From Mobula birostris (lineage: Eukaryota): a stretch of DNA of 64,000 nt. Under the pieces are notes generated by a model, which worked only from the letters and a program-made list of their open reading frames with translations, was not told where the DNA came from and ran no database searches. The stretch covers positions 97,181,064-97,245,063 of the forward strand of contig NC_092371.1 in the NCBI RefSeq assembly GCF_030028105.1, given 5' to 3'. Below, one piece after another: positions 22,250 through 33,299 of this stretch (position 1 is the first letter of the stretch; every line of letters starts with the position of its first letter). The position numbers were made by a program, and so were the translations under genes.

Positions 22250-22880
22250 GACTTTTCTCTATTCCAGAATTAAGGCGACTGTAGTATTTCCGTAGCTCCT
22301 TGTTTATTGAAAATATACTGGGTGAAGTGAATAGGGCATAATAAATCCCACTCAGAAATCTCCTCTGAAAAAGAATGCAAAATCCACACTCAATATGCCC
22401 TCTATTAAAACGTTTCATTATTTCTGAAAGTCTCCCACATTGACAAAGGACCATAAAATATTAACTGGGAAATAAAACCTGAAAAATAATCTATTCAAAT
22501 GGAGAGAATAGTAGATCCTGTGCCACAACAACTCGGATCTCAGTACTCTTTGAACTTGTAAAACCCGCAGAGTTGCGCACTTATCAATAGCCCAGCAGTG
22601 ACGCGCACAAGTAAAATTGTTGGTCGAGCTAGCTCATTCACTTTGGGACTTCCACGTTCATGTGTGCATCCGGAAACACGCCAATAATAACCCGCCATCT
22701 CCGCCAGGGAAAGAATTGCGAAAGTCGCGGTGAACTTGGACATTTGTAGGTGTAGGAACCATTTAGCTCCTGCTAGTTCTCGGACAGCAAGCATGCAAAG
22801 CCTTAACATTACAGGTATATCTTGAATGCCGAAACCTAAGACAGATGCCCACTTACGTCCAGTATCTGACTGCAATCCCA
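22250..22880 (+). repeat. Inverted, diverged paralog of the region 3' of the IgL C exons
   Basis: The reverse complement aligns with 51526-52145 and 25980-26385 (for example agtcccaaagtg and gagatggcgggttattat). Identity is roughly 70-75% by eye. Confidence 0.85.
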
Positions 22881-24048
22881 GAATGACCTGTCCGGGCAGG
22901 CCTCAAATAATTCATTTTTCTAAACTTATTGATTTATTGGGTATGTTCTCAACCTTCTGCAGTCTTGCACCCATGTGACTCTGATATTTTCAAATTTCCT
23001 CTCCGTATGTTTCAAGTGCTTTTCATGAAATTATAGATTCGTTTTCAAAGGAAACAAACATTTATTTGCAGAATTCGCAGTTGCGTCCTAAATATCTTAA
23101 TTGCAGACTTTCTTCAAGGTCTTCTTTGCTCTTCATTCCCTCCGACTGTGAAGATTAAGTCCGTACAATAGTTACTGTGCCTTTCAACTCCGCAATAAAA
23201 ATGTTACTGCGTTCAATAGACTAGAGTGGTCTACAAGTGTACTGAGAGTGCATTCTGAATAGTTCGCTCATCTGAGAGTGAATCACTTCAAATATACGCA
23301 AAGATTTACAATGCAAAGCTTAACTTCATCAACAAAATGTGAATGAATTTCCTAGAAAGTCTGTATAATGCCATCCTAAGTATTTCAAAGTATCTTTTGT
23401 ATAGGCAAGAACTCGAAAGAGAATTGTTGACTATATAGTCTCCCCCATTCACTAGTAATATTCCTTTCAAAAAGTGTCATCAAATATTAAATACTTTCTT
23501 TACAACTGTTAGCTCGCCACCAAATTTACTGTACATCTCTTCCAAAATTAAAATAAAATCGTAGGCGTTGTAAATCTGAAATGAAAATCAGAAAATGTTG
23601 TTAACATTCGGCGGCAGGTGAGGAGAGCAGATGTTAGGTTATATTGAAGGGATTTTGACTTAAAACATGAACACTGCCTCTTTGTTTTCTTGTGTTATCA
23701 GGCCGGTTCAGAATGCCCCAAGGGTTTACGATTCTGTACTTCTCCTCTTCTCCTCTCTGGTTCTAGTTATTTAACCCCTAAAGGTAGGACATTTGCCAGT
23801 ATCAGTGAATGGTGCACCAGACTTTCTGCGGGTGTGATGCTGCGTAGATAGAGATTTCAAGGAATATTTCATACTTATTGACGTTGTTGTGTGTCAGAGT
23901 TCTTAAAGGGAGGCGAGTAAAGAATATAGAACCGGACTTGTGTTCGAAAACGTTTCGTTTCTGAACTACAACCATCTCTTTGACGGTGCCTGAATAATTT
24001 CCGTGCCTCGTGTTCCGTTTACACTGTAAAAACAAATCATTAAGGCAG

Positions 24049-25980
24049 CAAACACGAGGAAACCTGCAGATGCTGGAATTTCAAGCAAAACACATAAAAG
24101 TTGCTGGTGAACGCAGCAGGCTAGGCAGCATCTAGCAAGAGGTACAGTCGACGTTTCGGGCCGAGACCCTTCGACAGGACTAACTGAAAGAAGAGCTAGT
24201 AAGAGATCTGAAAGTGGGAGGGGGAGGGGGAGATCCGAAATGATAGGAGAAGACAGGAGGGGGAGGGATGGAGCCAAGAGCTGGACAATTGATTGGCAAA
24301 AGGAATATGAGAGGATTATGGGACAAGAGGCCTAGGGAGAAAGAAGGGGGGGGGATAAAAGCCCAGAGGATGGGCAAGGTGTATAGTGAGAGGGACAGAG
24401 GGAGAAAAAGGAGAGAGAGAGAAAGAATGCGTTTATATAAATAAATAAAGGATGGGGTACGAGGAGGAAGTGGGGCATTAGCGGAAGTTTGAGAAGTCAA
24501 TGTTCATGCCATCAGGATGGAGGCTACCCAGACGGAATATAAGGTGTTCTTCCTCCAATCTGAGTGTGGCTTCATCTTTACAGTAGAGGAGGCCGTGGAT
24601 AGACATATCAGAATGAGAATGGGATGTGGAATTAAAATGTGTGGCCACTGGGAGATCCTGCTTTCTCTGGCGGACAGAGCGTAGGTGTTCAGCGAAACGG
24701 TCTCCCAGTCTGCATTGGGTCTCGCCAATATATAGTAGGCCACATCGAGAGCACCGGACGCAGTATACCAACCCAGCCGACTCACATGTGAAGTGTCACT
24801 TCACCTGAAAGGACTGCCTGAGGCCCTGAATGGTGGTGAGGGAGGAAGTGTAAGGGCATGTGTAGCACTTGTTCCACTTACAAGGAGGGAGATCGGTGGG
24901 GACAGATGGGGGACGAATGGACAAGCAGAGAGTGTGGGGGGAGGGAAGGATGTGCTTAGTGGTGGGATCCCGTTGGAGGTGGCGGAAGTTACGGAGAATT
25001 ATATGTTGGACCCAGAGGCTGGTGGGGTGGTAGGTGAGGACAAGGGGACCCTATTCCTAGTGGGGTGGCGGGAGGATGGAGTGAGAGCCGATGTACGTGA
25101 AATGGGGGAGGTGCGTTTGAGCGCCGAGTTGATGATGGGGGAAGGGAGCCCCTTTCTTTAAAAAAGGAGGACAGCTCCCTCGTCCTGGAATGAAAAGCCT
25201 CATCCTGACAGGAATTGCGAGAAGGGGATGGCATTTTTGCAAGAGACAGGGTGAGAAGAGGAATAGTCCAGATAGCTGTGAGAGTCAGTATGCTTATAGT
25301 AGACACCAGTAGATAAGCTGTTTCCAGAGATAGAGACAGAAAGATCTAGAAAGGGGAGGGAGGTGTCGGAAATGGACTAGCTAAACTTGAGGGTAGGGTG
25401 GAAGTTGGAGGCAAAGTTAATGAAGTCAACGAGCTCAGCATGCGTACAGGAAGCAGCACCAATGCAGTCTTCGATGTAGTGAAGGAAAAGTGGGGGACAG
25501 ATACCAATACAGTATAGGTTTGGAACATAGATTATTCCACAAGGCCAACAAAAAGGCAGGCTTTGCTAGGACCCATACGGGTGCCCATGGCTACACCTTT
25601 AGTTGAGGAAGAGGGAGGAGCCAAATGAGAAATTATTAAGAGTAAGGACTAATTCTGCTAGACGAAGCACGGCTTTTCATTCCAGGATGAGGGAGATGTC
25701 CTCCTTTTTTAAAGAAAGGTCCACCAGCCTCCGGGTCCAGCATATAATTCTCCATAACTTCCGCCACCTCCAACGGGACCCCACCACTGAGCAACACTCC
25801 CCCCCCCCCGCTTTCCGCAGGGATCGCTCTCAACACGACTCCCTTGTCCATTCGTCCCCCCCATCCCTCCCCACTGATCTCCCTCCTGGCACTTATCCTT
25901 GTAAGTGGAAGAAGTGCTGCACATGCCCTTACACTTTCTCCCTCACCACCATTCAGGGCCTCAGACAGTCCTTCCAAGGG
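24049..25980 (-). mobile_element. Penelope-like retroelement (RT C-terminus plus GIY-YIG endonuclease) with an inverted 5' segment
   Basis: ORF 24478-24771 VYCVRCSRCGLLYIGETQCRLGDRFAEHLRSV..PVATHFNS..GMNIDF is a GIY-YIG domain. 25655-25980 is an inverted copy of about 24790-25200. Confidence 0.9.
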
Positions 25981-26763
25981 AACAGTCCCAAAGTGAATGA
26001 CCCAGTTTTTCCAACAATATTACTTGTGCTCCTCGCTACTGGGGCACTGACAAATGCTCAACTCTGCGGCTTTTATATGTTCAGAGAAGTGATGAGATCC
26101 GAGTTGCTGTGGCACGGGATCCAGTATTCTCTCCATATGAATAGATTATTTTTCAGTTTTTTTTCCTGTTTAATATTTTATGATCGTTTGCTAAGACTTA
26201 CCGAGGTAGTGAAGCACTTTAATGGAGGGCACATTGGGGGTGTGTAGTTTGCAGTCTTTTCCAGAGAAGATTTGTGAGCATGACTTATTCACTTCACTCA
26301 ATACCCTTTCAGGAAACAAACAACTAGGAAATTGCTGCAGTCACCCTAGTTCTGGAATAAAGAGAGAAAAGGCTGGAAATAGTTTTAAAGGCATTAGTGG
26401 TTAACGCATAACTGACGATTCAGATCAATAACGCTTGGTTTCATTGGGGAATCATTCTTCCACTGATTCCACGCTCATAGTCTCCCACCATCGACAGACA
26501 TCCCCTACTAAAATTCCCTAACACATCTAGACAAATACAAATGCTTGGAAATCATCAATTTTTTAATATTAAGATATTCAAAAAATTACTATTGTTAGTA
26601 CGAAAGTATAGGTCAATATGTGAGATAAGAGATTTTATTACATTTCTCCACTTGCGAAATGACTCTGGCATACCACAGACAATGCATTCAAACGATCACT
26701 GTTCATCTGCTATGACCGAAAATCTATCTAACAAAATCAAAGTGGCAACGTCGAAACGAAACA

Positions 26764-26769
26764 TTTATT
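26764..26769 (-). promoter_or_regulatory. PolyA signal of IgL cluster 2
   Basis: AATAAA about 37 nt 3' of the C2 stop codon, conserved at 52543-52548. Confidence 0.7.
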
Positions 26770-26805
26770 TTCAAATGTAATGAATTTGTACATAGATTGC
26801 TTGAA

Positions 26806-27128
26806 TCAGATACAGCTGGATCTCATGAGGTTTGCTTTAAGTGGGGCTGCTTGACTCTCGTGTTTAACCACGCAGGATAAAAGCTCGTGTGAGTTCCAGT
26901 CTGAGGCCGGCAGAGTCAGGTAACTGCTCGCACTGAACGTGTTGCCCGTGTCCCGCTGGATCGGGCTGCTCTCAACGCCATTCTTTCTGGTATTACCATC
27001 CATAGTCCACTCGATATTCACAGCGCCCGGATTAAACCCGCTCACCAAACACACCAGGGTGGCGGTGCCCTTTCCCCTGAGTTCTTCTGTTGAAGGCCCG
27101 AGGACGGACACCACGGGGGGTTGTGGAT
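26806..27128 (-). CDS. IGLC: Ig light-chain constant exon, cluster 2
   Basis: Acceptor tttatttcag|ATCCAC at 27128, 323 nt. Reads (N)PQPPVVSVLGPSTEELRGKGTATLVCLVSGFNPGAVNIEW..SDWNSHELLSCVVKHES..RSSCI*. Confidence 0.95.
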
Positions 27129-29994
27129 CTGAAATAAAAAAAACATGTATACCTGCCAATCAATTACTGATTGAGTAATCTGAAATTAATGCCTTTCCTC
27201 GGAGCTACGAGAGATTGCATATGATGTGTTCTGGAGCAAAAGAACTGGCAACCGACTGAATTCATCGGGTCGGGCAGCATCTGTAGAAGCAAAGAGACAG
27301 TCGTGCGTTAGGGCCCATTTGCCTCGACACATGCTGCCTGACCTGCTGAGTTCCTCCAGTAGCTTTAATTTTACTAAAAAGTTTTTCTTTATTGATTACA
27401 CGACCGACATCGCTGTATCAGCATGAAAACTGTTATCAAATGGAACCCGATTTATTGAACGTGAATAGCGATAGAAGCCGAGGTGACTGTAAATGCAATA
27501 GCCTGGTGGTATTTCCAGAATATAAACAGAGCAAAAAGCAAAAATGAATCTTCCTTTTTCAAAGAAAACAAAGTTGAGTAATCAGATGCTTTGAATTTCA
27601 AAATTAACTGCGCCGTTAATCAAAGAGGTCGTAGAGTTTTCAAGTTTGTACATTTTATTTACCTTATGCAAGTTTCGAATGGAATTCGGAATAAATATTG
27701 ATAGGGGGAAGGTCGGTGAGCAATGGAGAATGAATAAGGATCTTGCAGTGTGTATTAAGATCGTATCTTCTTTGTCGCATTCATATTTCGACATGTATGT
27801 AGACTCGGTTTAACAAATAATAGATATGAACTTTGAATGAACGCCTAACCGTAGCGAACAGAAAAACTGTATATTGTAATACTTAACTTAAAACATTCGG
27901 GTCAATTCAAGTTGGTGAATCTATCATTAATTTGCTTCTGCCTTCCATTAGGCGCTAACGTTGCAAATATCAAACCTCTGGACAATCACTGACCGAACTG
28001 TTTGACTCTTTGAACTATTTGATAGATTTTACAAAGTTCCCAAGGCGCCAATGAAGAGCGTATCCAGCAAATTTCACTCCCCCCCCCCTCCAAAAACAAA
28101 ATTCCAGCAATCCGGAATCTGCTTCGCCGGACGGAATCAGACTCGGAAGGTCAGACACTACTTGAATAAAAGCAATTGCTTTCTTAAAACGAAAGTTTTC
28201 TTCTAAACAAATCAGACAATACTAAATTGAAGTTCCTGGAAATAATCTGTTTTTTCTCCTGGAGTTTTCTGGAGTTGTGCACATACAAAAGAGAAGAAAC
28301 AAATAATCTTCTCGTTTTCACATTGCTAACTCTGGGACAACTGCCTGTAACTCACCCCAGGTTGCGGTGCTGAATGCACTCACGACCTTTGGAAAAGTGC
28401 GCCATCAATGCAGGCTTGCTCTTTGTCTTCAAGCAAACTCGCAACGATGTTAAGGAAACGTACTGAGTAAAGTTGCTGAAGCTATTCCCTCCTCTACCTT
28501 CCAGCAACACAGATGAATCCCCGATCCCCACGTATCACAGAGAAATATTTAAATATTTAAATCGGAATAGATTTTAATATCGTGAGAGATTTTCGGTACA
28601 TTCTTCGATATGACACTTCTGGTGAACACAAATCACAGAAAAACTGGCAAAAGCCGTTTAACTTAATGCACAGAAACTCTGACAGGGTATTCCGATACAA
28701 ATCATATTCAGATCTGCGCCTACCAAAGGGAAGTTACTTAGCCGTGGAACTAAGGCTTTCAGTGTGATTTCGGAGATGACCTGAGATGAAGCAATTTGCC
28801 ACACTGTCCACGAAGAGGTTAATATTCTACAATCACACGGAGAATAAATGGTAAAACATTAGCGTTTCATGTTGGGGTTTCAGTTTGTGCCGATCGGACA
28901 AGCCTGGAAAGCAGTCAAAGACAATCCGAGTCTCGGAGGTCTTAAGATTTAACAGTTCAGAAGGGAGTCGATCTGGTGTCCACGTTTTCTTAAAACCTTC
29001 ACTTTCTGACTTTGTCTATTGTTCATTTCCCTAATCGCCTCACAAATAATACAAAAATCCTTTATATAGTGCTCTTAACGACACCAAAACATATTACAGT
29101 AACAAAATAAGACCAAATTAGAGTTCATGAACTCTAGAAACCAGAGGAGAAAATTTGGACAAAGTCATACATTCTTAAAGTCTTTATAAAAGAATAAAGA
29201 ACGACAGCGACATAGAATAATTTAGGAATGGCTTTTCAAGGCTTGGAACATCTAGACATGAAAGTGCGGCTAACATGATTAAGTAGCGAAAATTAGATCG
29301 CAATGTTGAATATTACAGAAATGAAATTGGCCCAAGCTTGAGAATGATATCATAACAAGGGTGAAATTTTTCTTGGTACGTAATTCCTTAACTGGGAGAA
29401 ATTATAAGTTCACAATCACAGGAGGGGAACAGGGGAACAGGACGAGTGGGAGCTGGGAAATGGAAAACAGGGTTCAGAAGAATTCAGGTTCCTACAGCAC
29501 AGAATGGGAGAAGGTTACACGTAAATCTGAAAAGTCGTGAGTCGATATTGCGGAGGAAGAAAGAAGTGTTTTCCATTCTCAGCTCAATAACTTCCATAGC
29601 TCTCTTTCAGCCTCACACCATTCGCTGGGGAAATCGGATCAACGCATTTGGGATGTACTTTCCTGCGTTTTCCAGTTTGCTATCGAAGTTTAAGCCGCGT
29701 TGTTGTAACACAGTAATAAATGGTTTGTATGCCCGCTTCATGATTCGACACTGTCAATAATATCAGGCGGCATTTGGACTTATTGTTCTTAAAAGCACAT
29801 TCGACACAGAATGCAAAGCTAAATTAATATATTTTTATGACAGCGTTTTCCCCGACTTAAACTGACTCATTACACCGATCAAAGTGATTTCTGAAATATT
29901 TTTAGTGGCTAATACTCCATTAAGAGTCAACTTAAGCAGCATTTTGAAATTGAATTAACATAAAATGACCGAAGAAGAAAAAAAAAACTCTTAC

Positions 29995-30335
29995 TGTCCA
30001 AATTCAGTTTGGTTCCTTTTCCGAAGGTGATGACACCTCTTCCCCCTACAGCGCAGTAATGGTCGGCGGTATCCTCCGATTGCACGTTTGCGATGGTTAA
30101 GTGCATCTGGCTGCTAGATGAGTTTACGGAACCGGTAAATCGATCCGGAATACCCGAAGCTGTGTCAGAGATTTCATCCCACACAATCACAGGGGCGCTA
30201 CCGGGTTTCTGCCAGTACCAGCTCGCGAGGTAACTACCGATGTTGTCTCCTGACATGGTGCAACTGATCTTTACAGATTTCCCGCAGAAGTTGAGATAGA
30301 CGGGGATTGAGTCAAAACAACATCCGCGACTGTAT
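29995..30335 (-). pseudogene. IGLV: Germline-joined VJ exon, cluster 2, with a 1-nt deletion in FR1
   Basis: 341 nt against 342 nt for the intact paralog. GCGGG-AAA versus GCGGGGAAA at about 30281 gives an early TAA. The restored frame reads ..SCTMSGDNIGSYLASWYWQKPG..ADHYCAVGGRGVITFGKGTKLNLD. Splice sites cccag| and A|gtaaga are intact. Confidence 0.93.
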
Positions 30336-30426
30336 CTGGGGAAATATGGATTAGTGTTAGAGTTGTCACACATCCATACAAATTAAAATGCAGCGATATT
30401 ATAGCTTATTTAGGCATTGTACTTAC

Positions 30427-30472
30427 TTTGAAAACAGAACACCAGTACAAGACATCGAATCCATTCAGCCAT
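30427..30472 (-). pseudogene. Leader exon, cluster 2 (open; MAEWIRCLVLVFCFQ)
   Basis: ATG at 30472 and donor A|gtaagt. One codon shorter than the cluster 3 leader. Confidence 0.9.
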
Positions 30473-30529
30473 GGTGAAGGAGTAGTTTTCCGACACAAGT
30501 TCGGTTCTCAGTTTCTTCTGAACCCCCCC

Positions 30530-30645
30530 CCTTTAAATAGTCCTAAGTATCGTTACGTCACTGCATATTAATTATTTATAACAACGTCTACTCACGTGAC
30601 ACCAAAACCCGAAACTGTTGATCTGAATTTATCTTATATTTGCAT
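30530..30645 (-). promoter_or_regulatory. V2 promoter: octamer, E-box, CRE-like site, TATA-like box
   Basis: Plus-strand ATTTGCAT 30638-30645, CACGTG ~30593-30598, TTACGTCA 30553-30560 and TTTAAATA 30532-30539. Confidence 0.75.
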
Positions 30646-31559
30646 CGTACCAGCACTTCGAGACAAGCAAATACCAAAAAACATCAGAGTAAACCGTACG
30701 GTAAAACGGGAAGGAACAATAGATTCGATATAATGTGACTTATACAAGCCCAAATATTACTTCGGACAGGAGTAGCTGGAGGGCGATAATTGCCCAGGAG
30801 ACTGTCTCATGCTCTGTCAAGAGACAGACAGATGAACATATTGTAGCCGAATAAATTATTGCGCGAAAACAAACATTGAAATTATAAAGAAGAAAAGCTC
30901 ACGTGTACTACCTGCGGTGCGGCGGACAACATTACTTTGAAAACAATTATGTTAGATTTCCGTTTGATTCCAATTTAAGTACTTAAATCAGGTTTTCTCT
31001 GTTAGATAATCTTGGGAATTGTACATTCTTGAAAGAATGCATCAAATGATGGGCTTGTATCAAAGGTGTCTTTGGGGGCATTTACTATTGACTGCATGGT
31101 GAGGGCGTTCGGGGTGGTGGTGCTGTGGTCGGTGCTGCTGCTTGTGTGTGGAGGAGGTGGGGGACTTTGGGGTTTTGATGTCACTATCATTCATACTTTC
31201 GCGTTTCTTGCTCCGTGATTGTCTCTGTGAAGCGTAAGAGTTTCAGGTTGCATGGTGAATACATCCTCAGATATTAATTTGAACCATTTGAAAGCCACGA
31301 CGTGTGGGCATTTTAAGGGTGTCATTAAAGTGGGAGAGTAAACGGGTGAGAGAGCAAGAATGAGGAAGATCAAGGTCGAGGAGCTGAGAGTGGGGAAACA
31401 GTTATTTCTGCTACGAATGGAGCGTATGTTCAGAAAGTATTAATGCCATGTGTCGACATGAAGGCGACTGAAACTATTGTATAAGAAATTGCATCGCTAA
31501 TAGAGTTGAGTGGTGAGCGCAGGTATATCTTTACCAAAGGAGTTGTAAGCCACTCCTTC

Positions 31560-31870
31560 CCTCCTTTACCTTGGCGATCACCTTTGGACAAGGGTATAGC
31601 ACATGCTTATCCCCCCCCCCCACCCCGATCGTGGTCCTGTGAAGCCATGCAAGCAGCTGGTAAATGGATGCATGAGCAGCTGGTGCTTATCACAAGTCCT
31701 GGTTATGCGACCAGTGACGCCAGGCAGACAATCTCTGCAGAGTATTGATAATTGCTGGGAGTCACTCTCCATGTAAAGACCCCGCTCAGAAAAAGGGAAT
31801 AACAAATAACTTCTGTAGAATTTGTCACGAACGATCATGTCATAGACCATGATCGCCCATGTCATGCAAC
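31560..31870 (+). mobile_element. SINE/LINE-tail-like interspersed repeat (paralog 57330-57600)
   Basis: cacaagtcctggttatgcgaccagtgacgccaggcagacaatctctg...ttctgtagaatttgtc, present in both duplicated units. Family not identified. Confidence 0.4.
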
Positions 31871-32499
31871 ACATTCATAAAGATGACCACATTGAACACA
31901 GACCGGGGAGTTGCATTGAAAGGTGTGACTGTCGAGAGGCACTGATTAGTGTTCAAAGAAGTGCTGGACAAATGAATGGAACCGATATCCGAATATCAGC
32001 AGATAATAAGTAACCATGATCACTAAAGTTAGCAAACATGGACGGAATAGTTTCAGTGACTGCTCCATTTCCAATTTACAGAGGTGATGGAAATTCTGGC
32101 GTTCGCAAATATAATCTCATTGCCGAGGAAAGGAGGTGGAAAGATGACAAGAAATTACAGGCGTATAGTTTGGAATGAAGTCCTATCGTGTAGTTTAGAG
32201 TCGGAAAATAATTCAGTTGGAACTGGGGCAATATATTGCCATATCTTGAGAATTTCGCGACTAACCGGAATCTTTTGCGACGAGCGCAGAAAGGATTTTA
32301 AACTGCGCACAAAATACTGTAACCCCCCCCCCCCCACTTCGTTGGCATGTTAAGCACACAAATCACATTTCCTTTTCCCGTTCATGGTGCGGACGGCGCT
32401 GACACCGTTGAATTTGCGGTGATTTTTCTGCACATTTTAGAGCAGGCTTATTTATACTGTTTTTATTGAAGAAATTATTGATTCCTGGAGTCGAATTCC

Positions 32500-32900
32500 A
32501 AAGAAGCGAAGGGCGTGAAGCATAAAAGAACTGCTAGTTCATTTAAAGCGGAATGGCTTAACGAGACATTATAAACTGCTACACGGAAAGCTCACGATGG
32601 TAGGAACGTGCAGCTACGTAAAATTCAGAAACTGGTGTTACCGCGTGTATTGTCCTGATGAAAATATTGCCTGATAAGTTGCAAGTGGGAAGAAGTGGAG
32701 TGATATTTGGAAACTTGACTTTTTAAATCGTCATTTAGCAAGGAAATCACATATGAACAGTGCGGAAAAGCTCCTTCTTTACACGCTGCAGGCCTGCGAC
32801 GTATGTTTTGTGAGAATGCAGCTGAACGAGAACAAAAGCGGTCAAACCCAGAAGCGATCAAAGTTCTTATTGACATTTACTTTATTTCTTTTAAACAATG
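32500..32900 (+). mobile_element. hAT transposase N-terminal zinc-finger fragment (ZNF862-like); paralog 58660-59050
   Basis: Translation fragments KRTASSFKAEWLN and ASGKKWSDIWKLDFLNRHLARKSH resemble TTF-type zinc-finger hAT N-termini. Confidence 0.55.
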
Positions 32901-33299
32901 ATCAACAAACTGGACTTAGTAGTTTTTTATCTTTAGACTATCTCCAGGTTGACTTCCACTTTAAAATTCACTCTGCACATGTTGGCAAAAAATGGCACAG
33001 CACAAGATTGTGCCCACACTAATTGCAAATTAGAGGGAATAAATGGTTTTACAACTGGTTTAGGTAATACTTGCCCAGCTAAATCTAAATCCCTCGAAAC
33101 ATTGGAAACCACAATAATCGAGTTAATCTAATCAAATTGAAGATCCCATCTTGAAGTAGCCATTTAAATAAATATCATTCACAAAGAAAACTTCAATAAT
33201 ATCCTGGTGTTGGAACAATTCGTTCTTCTGTTCTTTAAATACAAGTCTTACTCTCTTTGTACCTGCCTGAACATTCTCACAGAACAAGTAACAGTTGAC

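Noticed and set aside
25603-26247. 214-aa plus-strand ORF as a gene
   Set aside because: A chimera of an inverted Penelope segment and the antisense of the C-downstream relic.
29995-30335. Tandem doublet substitutions between VJ2 and VJ3 as a germline footprint of shark-type somatic hypermutation
   Set aside because: I count 6 adjacent doublets among 38 substitutions in 341 nt. About 4 are expected by chance, so this is not distinguishable from background.
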